From the NCBI GenBank assembly GCA_028023455.1, contig JAQFVV010000005.1, positions 10,974,001-11,038,000 of the forward strand: a stretch of DNA of 64,000 nt. Direction: 5' to 3'. Positions 36,857 to 49,950 of the stretch are shown here, in pieces. The notes below the pieces were generated by a model. It had not been told where the DNA came from, did not search any database, and worked only from the letters and a program-made list of their open reading frames with translations. The translations under genes and the position numbers were made by a program. Origin of the DNA: Epiperipatus broadwayi (taxonomy: Eukaryota > Animalia > Onychophora). Every line of letters starts with the position of its first letter. The first letter of the stretch is position 1.

Positions 36857-38824
36857 TTAATGGAAATATCAACTATCCCATAAGTTATAGATAAATAAAA
36901 CTTATGCATCACTAAATGATAAAAAATAGAATATAGTCTTTAACTTTTTGATGGTTATAAACTTTCATTTTGCTGAAAATAAAAGATGGAAATTACATAT
37001 TAGCTCGATTTAAATACATCGTATATCATTCTAAAATTACAATATAGTATATATGAATGTTTTCGTGAGTAAAAAAGCCAAATGATCTTTTGATTTTTTC
37101 TGTTATTATAAGATATACTGATGTTTTGATGTCATTTCAAGCATCTTTATCAAGGCAGCGTAGAATGGCTTTAAAACAAAGATGTGAAATAATTTTATAT
37201 TATATGAGTATATATAAAATAATTTACTTAATAATCATCAAAATGCACATATAACTGTTGTCTTTTATTAAACACTTATATTTTTTTTAGTTTCAGAAAT
37301 GTAGCATTTCATTAACACAGGTATATATTTAAATGTTAAACATTAAAGATTAAAAAATATTTATTAATATTTATTAATGATACATGGCTATTTCATTAAT
37401 TCACATTACATTAGGCCTTTATAAATTTCTCAAATGACAGTTTCTGTATTTGTAACTATATGTTTAAAAGAAACAACATGAGTATTTATAGAGTATATAT
37501 TAATATAAATAAATAGCATTTAAATCAGCAAAAAATTAATGTTCACAATAGACTAACCATAAATATGACACGAAAGCATTGAAAGTATACATGGTACAAT
37601 AAATTTTACTAAATTTTATATTTAAATGCTGTTTTAATATTTTTTTAAATCAATATAAACAAGAGTAACACAAATTGCAAACTTGAGTAATCAACGATTA
37701 TCAGACAATAATGCATTCTAATTCCCAAGGTTTTTGCATTTATCATGATAAATGGCAATAGAATAGAGAGCTACTCATTTTATAATATGATTAAAAAAAT
37801 TAAATGATGTGTTGAAATTTATATATTAAATTTTAAAATAAACAATGAAGAGAAATCAATATTATAATACATTCACATGGATCATTCCATATTAGACATT
37901 TTTATAATTTTTATATTTAGATAACAGAAACTTTTTCATATTTCTTCTTGGAGTGTTTTTTCTTTTAATTGTAAAGTTACATCCTGACTTCAATTCTATA
38001 ATTCAAACATTTAACAGAAATATAAACCTAAATATAATTATTAATATGATATTATCTTTAATTAAAATCATTTCCATGGTTATGAAACAATAAAATGAGT
38101 AAAGATAATAGATAATCAGTTCCACAATCTCTTTCTATACTAATAATAATCACAATTGTTTTGAAAATGATGCCTGATTTATGAATAAAATATTGGACAT
38201 TTGTTAACCTTTATACATGGTGAAACTCAAAAAATCATTTAATGTATACACACAAATATAAAGTGGTTTCATTCAATAGTAATATATACTATAAATATAA
38301 GCTAACTAAAGTTGAAACTTTTTTAATTGGTTTAGAATTTTTCTTTGAAGTAACTGATTCATAACAACACAACTAAATACCTAATATTCCTCAGTAAATG
38401 GGCACTTAAATATTTTTAGCTACAGGATAAAACAAAAATAAAGAACTCAAACTTTCATTAACTGGCAAGCTTTTTGAGTTCACTGTTCCTCTATGAGGGA
38501 TTGCTGAAGAGATCTTTGCCCTACAATGAGCTATTTAAATATTTTTTAATGTTCCTTTAAATATAAACATATATTAAAGTTTGATGATAGATTAAAGATT
38601 ATTCAAATGATCTTGACATTATTCGTGTTAACATCCAATGAATAATCATGATGATTTACATGCAAACTGGAAAAGTAATTGAGAAAGAGCTAAAAAAATG
38701 ATAAGGATAGAATGGTATATTTGTGAAAAAAAACTGTCAACTTCAATTAGATTATACACTAATATTTCTGTTATTCACTAATATTATATTTAAGTTTAAT
38801 TTTTTGATAGGCTGAATATAGATG

Positions 38825-39169
38825 AAATTAATGCAGAAGTACTGAAAACCTCCAGTGAGCTATGTATAATCTAACCATCAGTAAAGATAAGTATGGAATG
38901 CGCCCACTTGTACTTTAGCTTTGTTTGTATATAAACATGTCATTTACTGACGTACTTACATGCAGAGCATGTTTCCCTATGATTAATTATAGTGATCCCA
39001 GTTGTCCTGAAATTACTTTAGTGCATATAAATCATGCTTTGCATTCTTAATATGTCAGTAAATGGTATGCTTATATATGATCAAAGCTAAAGTATAGGTG
39101 GCTCATTCTATAATTACATTTACTGATGGTTAAACTCTTTGGGGGTTTTCAGTACTTCTACATTAATTT
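38825..39169. mobile_element. Foldback/MITE-like element with about 125-bp imperfect terminal inverted repeats
   Basis: 38825-38954 (AAATTAATGCAGAAGTACTGAAAACC...CATTTACTGAC) is the reverse complement of 39051-39169, with scattered mismatches and an indel. Confidence 0.75.
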
Positions 39170-40199
39170 AAAATATTTATTAGATTTAAAAATGATAATC
39201 AGCATAATGCCTTTTAATATATTATAAATATAATAATCCATTTCTCTGTCATATGTGACTTATAAGTTGAGATGATTAATTCACTTTAAACATATTATTC
39301 ATTAGTATTACTAAAGCATAAAAAAAATTCTTCAGACTTTTCAAGAATCATAAAATTATACTTTAAAAGTCTGTATAAATTGAGCTCATTAAAAGCAGTT
39401 CATTCTGAAAGTATTTATTTCTTAGACATCCCTTAGTTGAAATGTTAGTGTATTATCTTTTCATATTTTTGTGAGATCACATTTTAAAGCGTATCTTGAT
39501 GGATTATTAGATGCATATGGAAAATATTTAAGAAAAAGAAAAGTCAAAAAAGGCATATTTTTTAATTTATGAGGGCTAATTTATTATATAAAATATTTAC
39601 ATAAATATACATACATTATGGAAAGTTATTACTCACATAGAAACATCTTTTAAATTTTAACTGCTAATGCTATTCAGGATGGCAGTCATATTATCAGCTG
39701 GCTAGAGCTTTTATCTATTTATTTATAAATTAAGATTTTGAAAATTGTAGCATTAATCTGAGTGTTTTATTTAATATATATATGATTTATATTATTAACT
39801 TGTTTTATATGAACTGAAAGACTATATTTATCTATTAACTATTAAAGATTTATAGTCATAAGTAATCAATGGTGAAAACACATTAAAATATCCACACACA
39901 CGCATCCAAATATATTCCTTTTAATAGTCTATCACTTCAACTAAAAGTACTCCATTCCAAATTAAATTTATGATGAGTTTCAAATATTATGTTTCCATCT
40001 ATATTAATAATTTTTGCAACTGTATAATTTTAAGCTTCCAATTTATTGCTATAAGTATTGATTTTTATTTTTTTGAAAGCACATTGACATTATCATTTTT
40101 GATTTTGTATAAGTTTTGTAAATATTTTCTGTATCTCTCAACTGTTATAATTCATATTTATTTTTGCTATCTTTGGTTTTCATTTTAATATTTCCAATA

Positions 40200-41500
40200 T
40201 AATTGCTATGAAAAAGTTAAGACAAATATAACCATTTTACCATTCTCTTAACAAATATTAATTTTTTAATATTATCAGATAGTTTAATATTACACTGCTG
40301 TTGCACTCATATATTCTTCAGAATTTGATAACACTTTGTGTCTGTCAAGATATTCCAAAGCTTTAATAATAGCAGAAGTCATATAAAATCAAATAGCTTT
40401 TTATAATCTAAAAATCCCAATGCAAAATGGCAATTCCACTAGTCCTTTCTGTTATTTACTTTCATAGGTGAATGCCTTTACTATCTCATAATCACTTTTG
40501 AATCCAATTTTTGCTATTGTTGATGATGAGTTCAGTTAAATCTCTGTGTAGATGATTGCCATGATATTAATAGCCCTTTTTTATTTCTCAAAGCCTCTAT
40601 TTCTTTTAAACTGCAGATTCATTTGTCCAAAAAGTTGTGATTGTCAAATATAATAACAAAATTTATTTATGTCAATATTTTACATACATATGAATAATAT
40701 ATATATATCAAAAAGTTGTGATTGTCAAATATAATAACAAAATTTATTTATGTCAATATTTTACATACATATGAATAATATATATATATATCAAGTCTTT
40801 TTATAATAATTTCAGTTTTTTCTTGCCTATATACAAAGATATGTATTCTGTATATGTATGCATATTTATAAATATCTAATCTAAAAATTAATATCCTTAT
40901 TTACATAAATCGATTAACCAATCACAAAAATATTATCAAAAGAAAGCATCAAAAAGAGTATAATCTTTTATAGCTTTATAATTTCTAATACTATCTTTTT
41001 CATCTTTCTTAAATAATAACTTATGCAACCTTTCAATACGTTATATCTTTATCATGTACATATTTTGTGAATAAATTAACCAACAGTTTCCTTATTTCAT
41101 TATTTGCTGCTTTTGAAATATTTGTAATGATTTCATTGCAAGTCTCACTACATCATTTAGAATTTATAGCATTTTTCCTGATGTAATTGCATGAAATTTG
41201 TGTATTTATTCACTATTATTATGTAAATCTTTATAAATTTCTTCCATACATTTCATGATATCATTCCTAATTTTAATAATTTTGCCATATTTCTTCATAA
41301 TGCTGAAATAACTTTTGTTCCATTATCAAAATAACATTTTAATTCAGAGTCTAATTTTCCATAGTTTAGTTTTCCAGTTTCTTTCCTTCTGCAATCATTA
41401 GTTCTACTTTTATTTTTTGTGCTATTTTATAAAATCCAACATATTCAATTCTTCTAAATATTTGCTTTCATATATTTTTATACTTCCTTCTTTATTGACA
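40200..41500 (-). mobile_element. Decayed LINE (RTE-like) RT region
   Basis: Minus-strand FLDYKKLFD (DYEKAFD-like) near 40400, followed by a KAL...Y..ATA-like segment. Confidence 0.5.
40628..40793. repeat. 81-bp tandem duplication ending in (TA)n
   Basis: CAAAAAGTTGTGATTGTC...CATATGAATAA(TA)n occurs at 40628 and 40709. Confidence 0.95.
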
Positions 41501-41759
41501 AGAAAGCTTAATTGAATACGAGTAATAGATTAAACCATAAAAGATGTAAAGTCTTTAACATATTGAGTCAATATAAATCTTTTTTTTTTTTTTGATGTAT
41601 TAAAATTAACAGATGACCCTAAAATTTGATAACATAATCCTATTAAATCTATGGATGGCAATGTTATAATATTTCAAAATCATGGAGGGAGTACTTTGAT
41701 TTTATTTGAATAATGATGTAAGAATTGAAATGGCAGCTTTTAATAATACAATTGTCAAA

Positions 41760-42700
41760 TCTACTTATTGACATTTGTATAAAGATATCCAAATGAGTGA
41801 AGTTAAAATAGCTCTTTATAATCTTAAAAATGGAAAGGATGCTAGTCCTGATGAAAAATCTTGAGAAGGTTTGAAATAATGACATAATAGTTTGTTTCAA
41901 ATCTAATGAAGTTTTTTAGGAATAAATAAATATATGAAGCTGTTTCTCTAATCTTAAGGACATGTTCATTATTCCAATTTTAAAAAAAATTTTAAAAAAA
42001 AGCTTATAAAAATTATTATGAAATATCATTGTTATCCACAATTACAAAGCTATCTTCAAGGATTTTATTAAATAAATCTAATCAGATAAATAATTACCAT
42101 AGACTCAATGTGTTTGACATGGTTTTTGTTGCCATGAAAATGCAAGATGTGAATTATATATTGCTCTTCTTCATCTGGCAAAGCATTTGATTTATATATA
42201 AAACAGATTTGTAACAATCTTTGAAATTAGTTGGTTGTCTTAAGCATACTATACAATTTCTTTGGGATAAAATGAAAGCAATATTATTGCTGGTCAAAAA
42301 TCTTCAACTTTATTTTCCATTTTTGACAGATATAATTAAAGGGGATTTAAATCCAGATGTTCAAGCTCCTTCTGGGTTCATATTTTTCATTTTTGTGACT
42401 CTTGGCTTTTGGAATAGTTTATAAGTAATTTCATGTTGCAAATAGTTTTATTGGTAGTTTTTTCATCTCAATAATTTCTAAAATTACATAATGCTGGGTG
42501 AATATTTTTCTTTCAATTCAAAGGATAACCTACACAATATTCTTAATGTATCCTATATAGACTTTAGTTTAATAAATAATGTTCAAAATTTAAATTCTTT
42601 ATCAGCTGGAGATAACAAAAAAAATCTTCAATAACTTTTATTCCGGATAATGCTGATATTGGTATTTAATATATTAAAATAGGGTATGTCATTGTAATAT
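41760..42700 (+). mobile_element. Decayed LINE RT region
   Basis: EVKIALYNLKNGKDASPD (K.GKA.GPD) and IIPI.KK...NYYEISLLSTITKLSSRILL (NYRPISLL). Confidence 0.6.
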
Positions 42701-44099
42701 GTAACTACTACATTTAAATTAGTTACATATAAGACTGTTACTTTGGCACAATTTATTATATAAAAGGACATTTATACCTTTTATGGTCATAATATAACGG
42801 CATTTAAAAAATTTCATTTAATAGTACTGCTTGGCAAAATTATAACATCTTCATTAGAATAGGCATGTGTAGTCATTGAATGTTAACAAATATCCTTAAA
42901 ATGTATTTTATAATAAATTTGATCATGGGTTCCATGGAAGAAAACTATTTATTTTCTAAAAATCAGTTCAAGAGCAATACTAATTACTGCTTTCATTTGA
43001 AAGATATAGTTAAGAATAGAATGTAATGAAGAGCTACAATTAAGCAAGATGGTGAATAGTTCAAAAAGCAAAATTAACTGCAGAAGTTAAACATAGTACT
43101 GCAAAATATTAAATCTAAAAAAAAAAATTATGTGAAATATGCATGTAGATGTATTTGAGTTTCATAAATTATTTACATGTTGAATATTATTTTTTGTTCT
43201 ATTTTTTTTCTCCGAAATTTGTTCATACTCACTACAATATATGTTTATTAATGTAATGTTTTTTCTCAATAAAAATTTATAAATAAATTGGTTTTTTTAT
43301 TACTGTTATTTAATAATTTTTTTAAACAAATTATTTGATATCTTCTTATTGACCTTAGTCAAATCCGAGACATCTTTAAAATCTTATATCACTATGACCA
43401 CTTATTAAAATTTAATTGAAATTACTGTAATATTTTTGAAGACTGAGACTTTTCTATTAATATATAGACAAAGCAAAGCCCAACTGGTGCAATGTCATAT
43501 GAATGCTTTGATATAAATTTCTTATTAGTTTTCTTCCCAAAAATAATTCATGTACAATTTTTCTTTATCGAAAATTGCTGTCAGCATTTTAGCTCTAATT
43601 GTTTCCACATGCAAATTTGCTAAATATTTGACTGACAAAATATTACAATATTTGCACTAAAATCTCTCATTATAATTGTATATATTATTGATTTATTCAA
43701 AAATATTTTATATAATTAAATAAGTCTTAAGCCTGTGATAAGTTAAATAAATAATACTGCTATCTCAATATATCATCTTCCATTTGTAATAAATCTCATT
43801 GGTTAGTCCAACATTTATACCTACAATGTTCATACTTATTTTTAAAATTATTTTACTTTTACTTTCACAATATTTATCCACAATTCAATTATTAAATAAC
43901 AATTTTATTTTTTTTTTTACTCATGCAGTCTTCTTTCTTTTAAAAATGTACTTCGTAAGTAGCCAAACATCATCATCAAATAGCAGCCCAACTAAAACTC
44001 AAGAGACTGTGAGCATTGTGAACTACTTACTGTCTGTCTGATACTTCACAGCGACAAAAAAATAAGTTATCAATAATATATACAAATTATTTAATAAAA

Positions 44100-46100
44100 T
44101 AAAAGTTGCAGCTAGAATGTGCTGAGTTTTTTTTCAGTTAATATCAAACTTCTTTTTGCACCATACGTATTATATATATAATTCTGTTCCAGCGCTTATT
44201 TCAACATAAGGCAAATCATGTTTCATTAGAATAACAATATTATTATGACAAATAAAAACTTGTCAAAAACTAATTCTTTTTTTTTTTTTTCAGTTAAATG
44301 TGATACTGTTAACTTCAAGATCCTAATATACATTATAAAATGTAATTGTTAGAAGTTAACCAACCAAATTAATATAAAAATAATATAGTCTTCTACACAC
44401 ACACACCGGTTTATATTTTACATCTATCGGTTCTACTTGATGTTTTATATATGTCGTTTCATCTTTTTTTTTCCCCCTAATCAATTGATTTCAGAGATGT
44501 AGAATTATGTTAACTACAGTGGTAATAAAGCAATATTCTGCAGGAAAATCAATCATAAATTACCGTATTCAATGTAAAAAATTTCACGCATAGACAGAGC
44601 ACCTAATAAATAATATACAATATTTATTATAACAGATCCAAATACGACAATTCAGTGTCAATTTAACATTCGTTTGATGCAAAAATATTGAAACAACAAC
44701 TTAACATTTTAAAGATTTAAATAATGTTTTAATAACATAATAAAGTGATTAAATTAATTATTTGATGTTTAAAATATACTTTTGATTAGGAGCGTTTTTC
44801 CACTAAACAATAATTTTAAGCGCTCATGTTGTGTGAATGGTAAATAAAAATATCCTTTATCTAATGGGAAAAGCTTACCTAAATTCCGAAAGTTATTTCA
44901 ATTATTATTAATTATATGCCAAAGGGCAGGTCTTACACGATAATCTAAATCAATTTATTTAAACCTTTTACTATTTTATCTCCAGTTTTTATTTAATTTG
45001 AAAGATAAATCTTGACTTTACATTTACGTTAGATAATTTCCTGCCATCTGGCGGTTATGTAGTTCGTGGCGGCCTCTATCAAAAAGATATATATTTATAT
45101 AAAAAAATCTTCAATGAAGAATTAATAGTGAGGGTGTAGTTGTACATATATAGAAAGTCTTTCTTTGATAGAAATGCCCTGCATCAAAATTCTGCCTTAG
45201 CAATTTTTTGAAGTTTATTGATCATATAATTTTTACGTTTTTCTACAGTTTAAATAATTTTAAGTTTTAAATAAAATTCACGCTAATTAATCTAATAATA
45301 AAAAAAAGGGACAAAAGTTTGAAAATATTAATTCAATTTAAATTATATAAAAGTATAGTGAATGCAACAAAAAATTATAATAATATATATATTTCCTTAT
45401 CTTTATAAATTTAATAATATATACCGATGAATGATTTTTTTTTCCCTCACTATTATTATTATTTTTTTTTTGTAAGTTATACTTAAACTACAAATAAAGT
45501 ATAATCAAAACATAATTAACAAATAAAGTAAAAATTTAAGAAAACAAAACAATCAAAATTCTTTAATTTCTAAACGTTAAATGATTGGTTAAAATGTGGA
45601 CTACCTATATATTTGTATTTTGTAAATAAAGTTTATTTTGGAAATTTGTGATTGCATGCATATAGTACCTTATTATTCCCCGCTAACAGATCACTTTAGA
45701 AAATTTGTATATCAAACGTTAATGAAGAATAAATGAGATTAAAATTATACTAATTAACATATATATATAATGGACGTTATCAGTCGTAAAGAGGGAAGTT
45801 GAGAAATAATGAAGTTTCTCGAATGAAAAAAAAAGGATGGCAAAATCAGGGATATATGTGCAAATCTAAATACACAGGAGTCTGTCATTTTAAGTAAAAG
45901 ATAGATTTAAAGTATTGTCTGTTAATTATCTTTACAAAGAATAAATACGAGTTAATGGAAACTCAAAGAATTGAACAATAATAAATAAGTCACTAGAATT
46001 TAGGAAACGGACTAATAACTGAAATTAAAATGAGCATTAAAACGTTATGGCAAAGGGAATAAATCACTATCTATAATAAACATTTTTTTATTTTATTCAG
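44100..46100. promoter_or_regulatory. CpG-retaining promoter-like island
   Basis: Roughly two dozen or more CG dinucleotides by eye in about 2 kb, versus very few in neighbouring DNA. Minus-strand donors at about 44878 (AG|GTAAGC) and about 44030 (CA|GTAAGT). Confidence 0.55.
45041..45054 (-). promoter_or_regulatory. CTCF-type binding motif
   Basis: Minus strand CCGCCAGATGGCAG matches the CTCF core CCASYAGRKGGCRS at all but one position. Confidence 0.55.
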
Positions 46101-47279
46101 GTAACTGTTATTATAACATTCATTGTTATAATATATTTATTTACATCTGCCATTATATTATTTAAACAAAAGAATATTAATTACATTTCTAGTAATCACA
46201 TAAAATTTATTATAAATATATACACAAATGAAATTAATAATGTTTTAGAATAAAATTGTTTTATCAATTGTTATTTTAATTTTAGCTTAGTGTGAACATG
46301 TGAAATAGCCTTGCATGATTTACTGCAGTGCCACTCTGGAGCATAAAATACTCAGATAAATTTCAGTTCTATCATTTCCAGCATTCTAACTTCATACAAA
46401 CTCCTGAGCAATAAACTTATTTGATTATTTAATTTCCAAATCTCTTTTCAAATAGAATCAATTTAAATCATTTTTTTACCTTTGAACTACTTAAAAAATG
46501 AAAAAGAGGAACAATATGTTAAACTTGCTTTTGCTGAAGACAATTATTGTAATTATTAATTCAATCAGATATAAATTATTGCTTACATATTTATCTACTA
46601 AAGAATTATACTTTGTGAATTGAAATTATAAATTATTCCTAATATCTTTATTGTAGTATGTGTTTATTAATTATTTGTTATGAATCTCTATTGATATTAT
46701 ACGAATCTTTATTCTACTTGAGATTATCTCTTTATATATGTATGAAAGGATATTTATTTAACTAGGTAATCAAAGTACTTCATTTAGATTAATTATTGAT
46801 ACCTTCCTGAAGACAACCAGAATAATTACTGGCAACTTATTTTTAGAACTATGTGACTAATAATACCATAGATACATTGTGCCAAGCAAATATATACTAC
46901 ACATATGAAAATTGAGGTACCTAACTAATTCGTCTTTCTATTTAGTTTCATTATGATTATTTAAATCTGTGTTGATATATTTAAGATGATGATCATCACC
47001 ATTTAATCATAATTACATGTTTACAATTCCTCAATCTTTTTTCTAACAATATACATTGTGATGGGAGGGGGTTATTGTTTGGGACATCTACTCTTTTTCA
47101 AGATATATGTTGATCATTTGTATTCATTCATATACTATCAGATTTTAGGACCAATAAATCATCCTCTGAGAATCATGGACATTTATGCATTTAGGCATTA
47201 GGAGCAAAATATCAAAATCCTAACAAAAATCAATATCTTTAATGTCAGCAACAATTTTTTTTCTTCCAATTATTGATAA

Positions 47280-48600
47280 TGTAAAATGAGAGAGAAAAAA
47301 ACTTTTTCCATTTATTTGTGCATCAAATCATATATCTGTAAATTTGTTTCCAAAACATGTTGTAAAGGAAATACAAAAAATGTTTTCCACAAAACATGTT
47401 ATTATAAGGAAGCAGAAGTGAAGATCTTTACTAGTTGCTGTACACATTTGGAAAATATGTTGTTGAATAACATCAAATAAGTACAAATATGTCTGAAACA
47501 AGCAAGACATTCCAGTCCAATCTACTTTATCACAAAAAACAATGTGTCAGTGATTCCATGCTGAGGAAAAAAATCATTGATTAAAACTGATTTGCACTGT
47601 AAATTGAATAGCCGTATCTTGTTGATGAATTTACAGTATTTGTCAATATTGTAGTTATAGTAGAATGTATGATTTTATCTAGCAAAAATCACATCAGCCA
47701 AAATACTTGGAAAATGCAGTCAGATCCAAAAGCATTAAAGTTTGCCAAAACCTGCCAGTGCCTGTCTTAATGCCATGAAGAAAAAATGGACAGCCCCATA
47801 ACTACTCAAAACCTGCTGACACTACTCTCTATGCAACATCACCAAGACTGCTGGATTTCCTCTCTAACATCATCAGTGACCAACAAGAAAAATTATCATC
47901 TTTGAAGGAATTAATGAAGACAACCATAAATACATTAAAAGAATATTTACAGATATTCATTGTTTGGAACTGTGTAAATATTTCACATGATAAGATCTTA
48001 TTATTATAGATATTATAAGGCCTTAAACTTAAATTAAAAAATCTTTCATTACCATTCTATTTAATTTTTTATATATGCATTAGTCGTTGCGAGTATATAT
48101 GTAAGTTTTTATTTATGCATTGTTAATTTTTTTTATTAATATTAATCCATTTAGTTTGCTTGCTTCTTAAACTTATTCTAAACATAATGCTTTTAACACC
48201 CAATATGCTTGTAATATCCATAATCATGAGAAATCATGCAATCCACTAAGGAACATGCAAGGATGGTGATAAAAATTTGTAGATGATGATCAGGCATTAA
48301 TAAGATTTCTAAAAGTAAACTTTCTAGTTAGAAGGTTTGGAGTCTGAAAGTTTTTATTTTATTTTATTCAAAATAAAAAACAAATAAAATACTTTGGGAG
48401 TATTTGTATTTATAAGTCATCATTATTTGATTAACATTATTATATATATTTGAATTGAATCTTTCTTTAAATTTTTTTTATTAATCATTCATCTTTCATT
48501 TTAATATAAATGTTTATAGTGAAACATGAGTTACAATACATATTTAATATATCACTGTATATCTTTGTTCCTGATTCAACTCGTATACCACTGCATATTT
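47280..48600 (+). repeat. Copy 1 of a diverged about 1.4-kb direct repeat pair
   Basis: Colinear anchors shared with 51310-52710: ATCTGTAAATTTGTTTCCA, GTGATTCCATGCTGAG, GCCAGTGCCTGTCTTAAT, GATAAGA.CTTATTATTATA and AATCCATTTAGTTTGC. Confidence 0.85.
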
Positions 48601-48995
48601 ACCTTCACATATTTTGGTTGTATTAGAGTAAAAAGAGAAGTGAAGATTCCAACTCTATAAATGGTGTTGAAAGAGAAGATACTCTGGTAACAATGATTAT
48701 CATTCCAAAAGTTTTCTAAGCCCCCAAAAACCAGGTCCTCCAGATAAATCTCAGAGAATTCACTACATCTAAGAACTAGTACTGAAATAGAAAAAGATAG
48801 GAATAAGCCCAGAAGGGGAAAAGACTGGAACATGAAAACATTAGCAATGACCCAGAAGACTATACAACATATCTCATATAAAGTAGGATGAGAATTGCAT
48901 CCCCACTACAAAAGTATCTTACTATATATATATGTGCAGTACGCACAGATAATGAAGCTCATATATATAATCAAAAGCAAATATAAAATACTATT

Positions 48996-49045
48996 TTAGC
49001 CGAGTGCTTTCGAGACTTCTTGCTCTCATATTCATAGGTACTATC
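48996..49045 (-). ncRNA. Degenerate hammerhead motif at the 3' end of a PLE
   Basis: Minus strand TAGTAC-CTATGAATATGA-GAG-CAAGAAGT-CTC-GAAA-GCAC-TC-GGCTA keeps stem II, GAAA and TC; the CUGANGA box is corrupted. Confidence 0.55.
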
Positions 49046-49049
49046 TTGT

Positions 49050-49950
49050 TAAAAACTGTGTTAGAAGGAAAATTTATGAAAATAATGCAAATTAGTTATA
49101 ACTGCCATTTTCGGGACAATGTAAAGCAGGACTTCTCTTCAATTAATGGACTTAGGATTGCTTGCTATATGTAATGCTTCTGATCTTGTGTTTAGCATCA
49201 TGTCTTTCTGAGCAACGATATTAGCAGATGGGGGTTTGAATCTATGCCCTGTAATTTTTTTCATGCTCAACAAAGATGGAATTGCCTTCCTGTTTGGTTT
49301 TATTGTAAAGGTATTTATGCTGAGCTACTCTGTTGGCAATATTGATCCTAATCTCACCATAATATGCAGCCTGGCAGTTAGTTTGTGGGCAGATCATTTT
49401 ATACATGACTTGAGGATGAGTTGAGGTGTAATTTTGTCCTTGGAATTATTGATAAGTCTGTTTGTATTGGTAGGTGATCGATATATGATGGTGAAGTCCT
49501 TAGCTAGTTTCTTATCGAGATATTTGGCTAGGAGTTGAATGAAAGGTATAAGAATTCTTGGCTTGTTGTGGTTGATTTTGTGATAAAAATTTATTTACGT
49601 TCCTGTTGATTGAAAATTGTGAATAACCTATTTTAGTTAGATTGGCCGTGTATTGTATAAGATTGTACCATTTGTCCACTTCATACTTACATAACTCATG
49701 ATTTCTGAACAAGAAAGAAAATAAGCCTGCTAGTTTATGGGAGTAGGGTGCATACGATATAGGGTGTGTTATACCTTGTACTTCAACTGGCTTGACTGTC
49801 ATAGTGTAATCATGGTGATTATAATTTCTGCTTACACATACATCCATGTATCTGACCTGTTGTGTTTGGTTTTCATCTATGTAGGTGTAAGTAAGTTTGG
49901 AGACATTCTGTAGATTGGTGTGTAGTTCAGAATGCAAAACATGATGTTAA
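49050..49950 (-). mobile_element. 5'-truncated Penelope-like element (RT thumb plus GIY-YIG)
   Basis: YMDVCVSR...HPISYAPYSHK...R..C...LTKIGYS, then NSKDKI and VYKMICPQTNCQAAYIGEIRINIANRVAQH...GHRF...EALHI. Confidence 0.85.

Noticed and set aside
34428-44041. Short hydrophobic F/I/L/Y/K-rich ORFs in the ORF track (also at 11736, 17061, 17881, 39970, 57429, 62291)
   Set aside because: Expected by chance in very AT-rich DNA or antisense to TE relics; no recognisable motifs.
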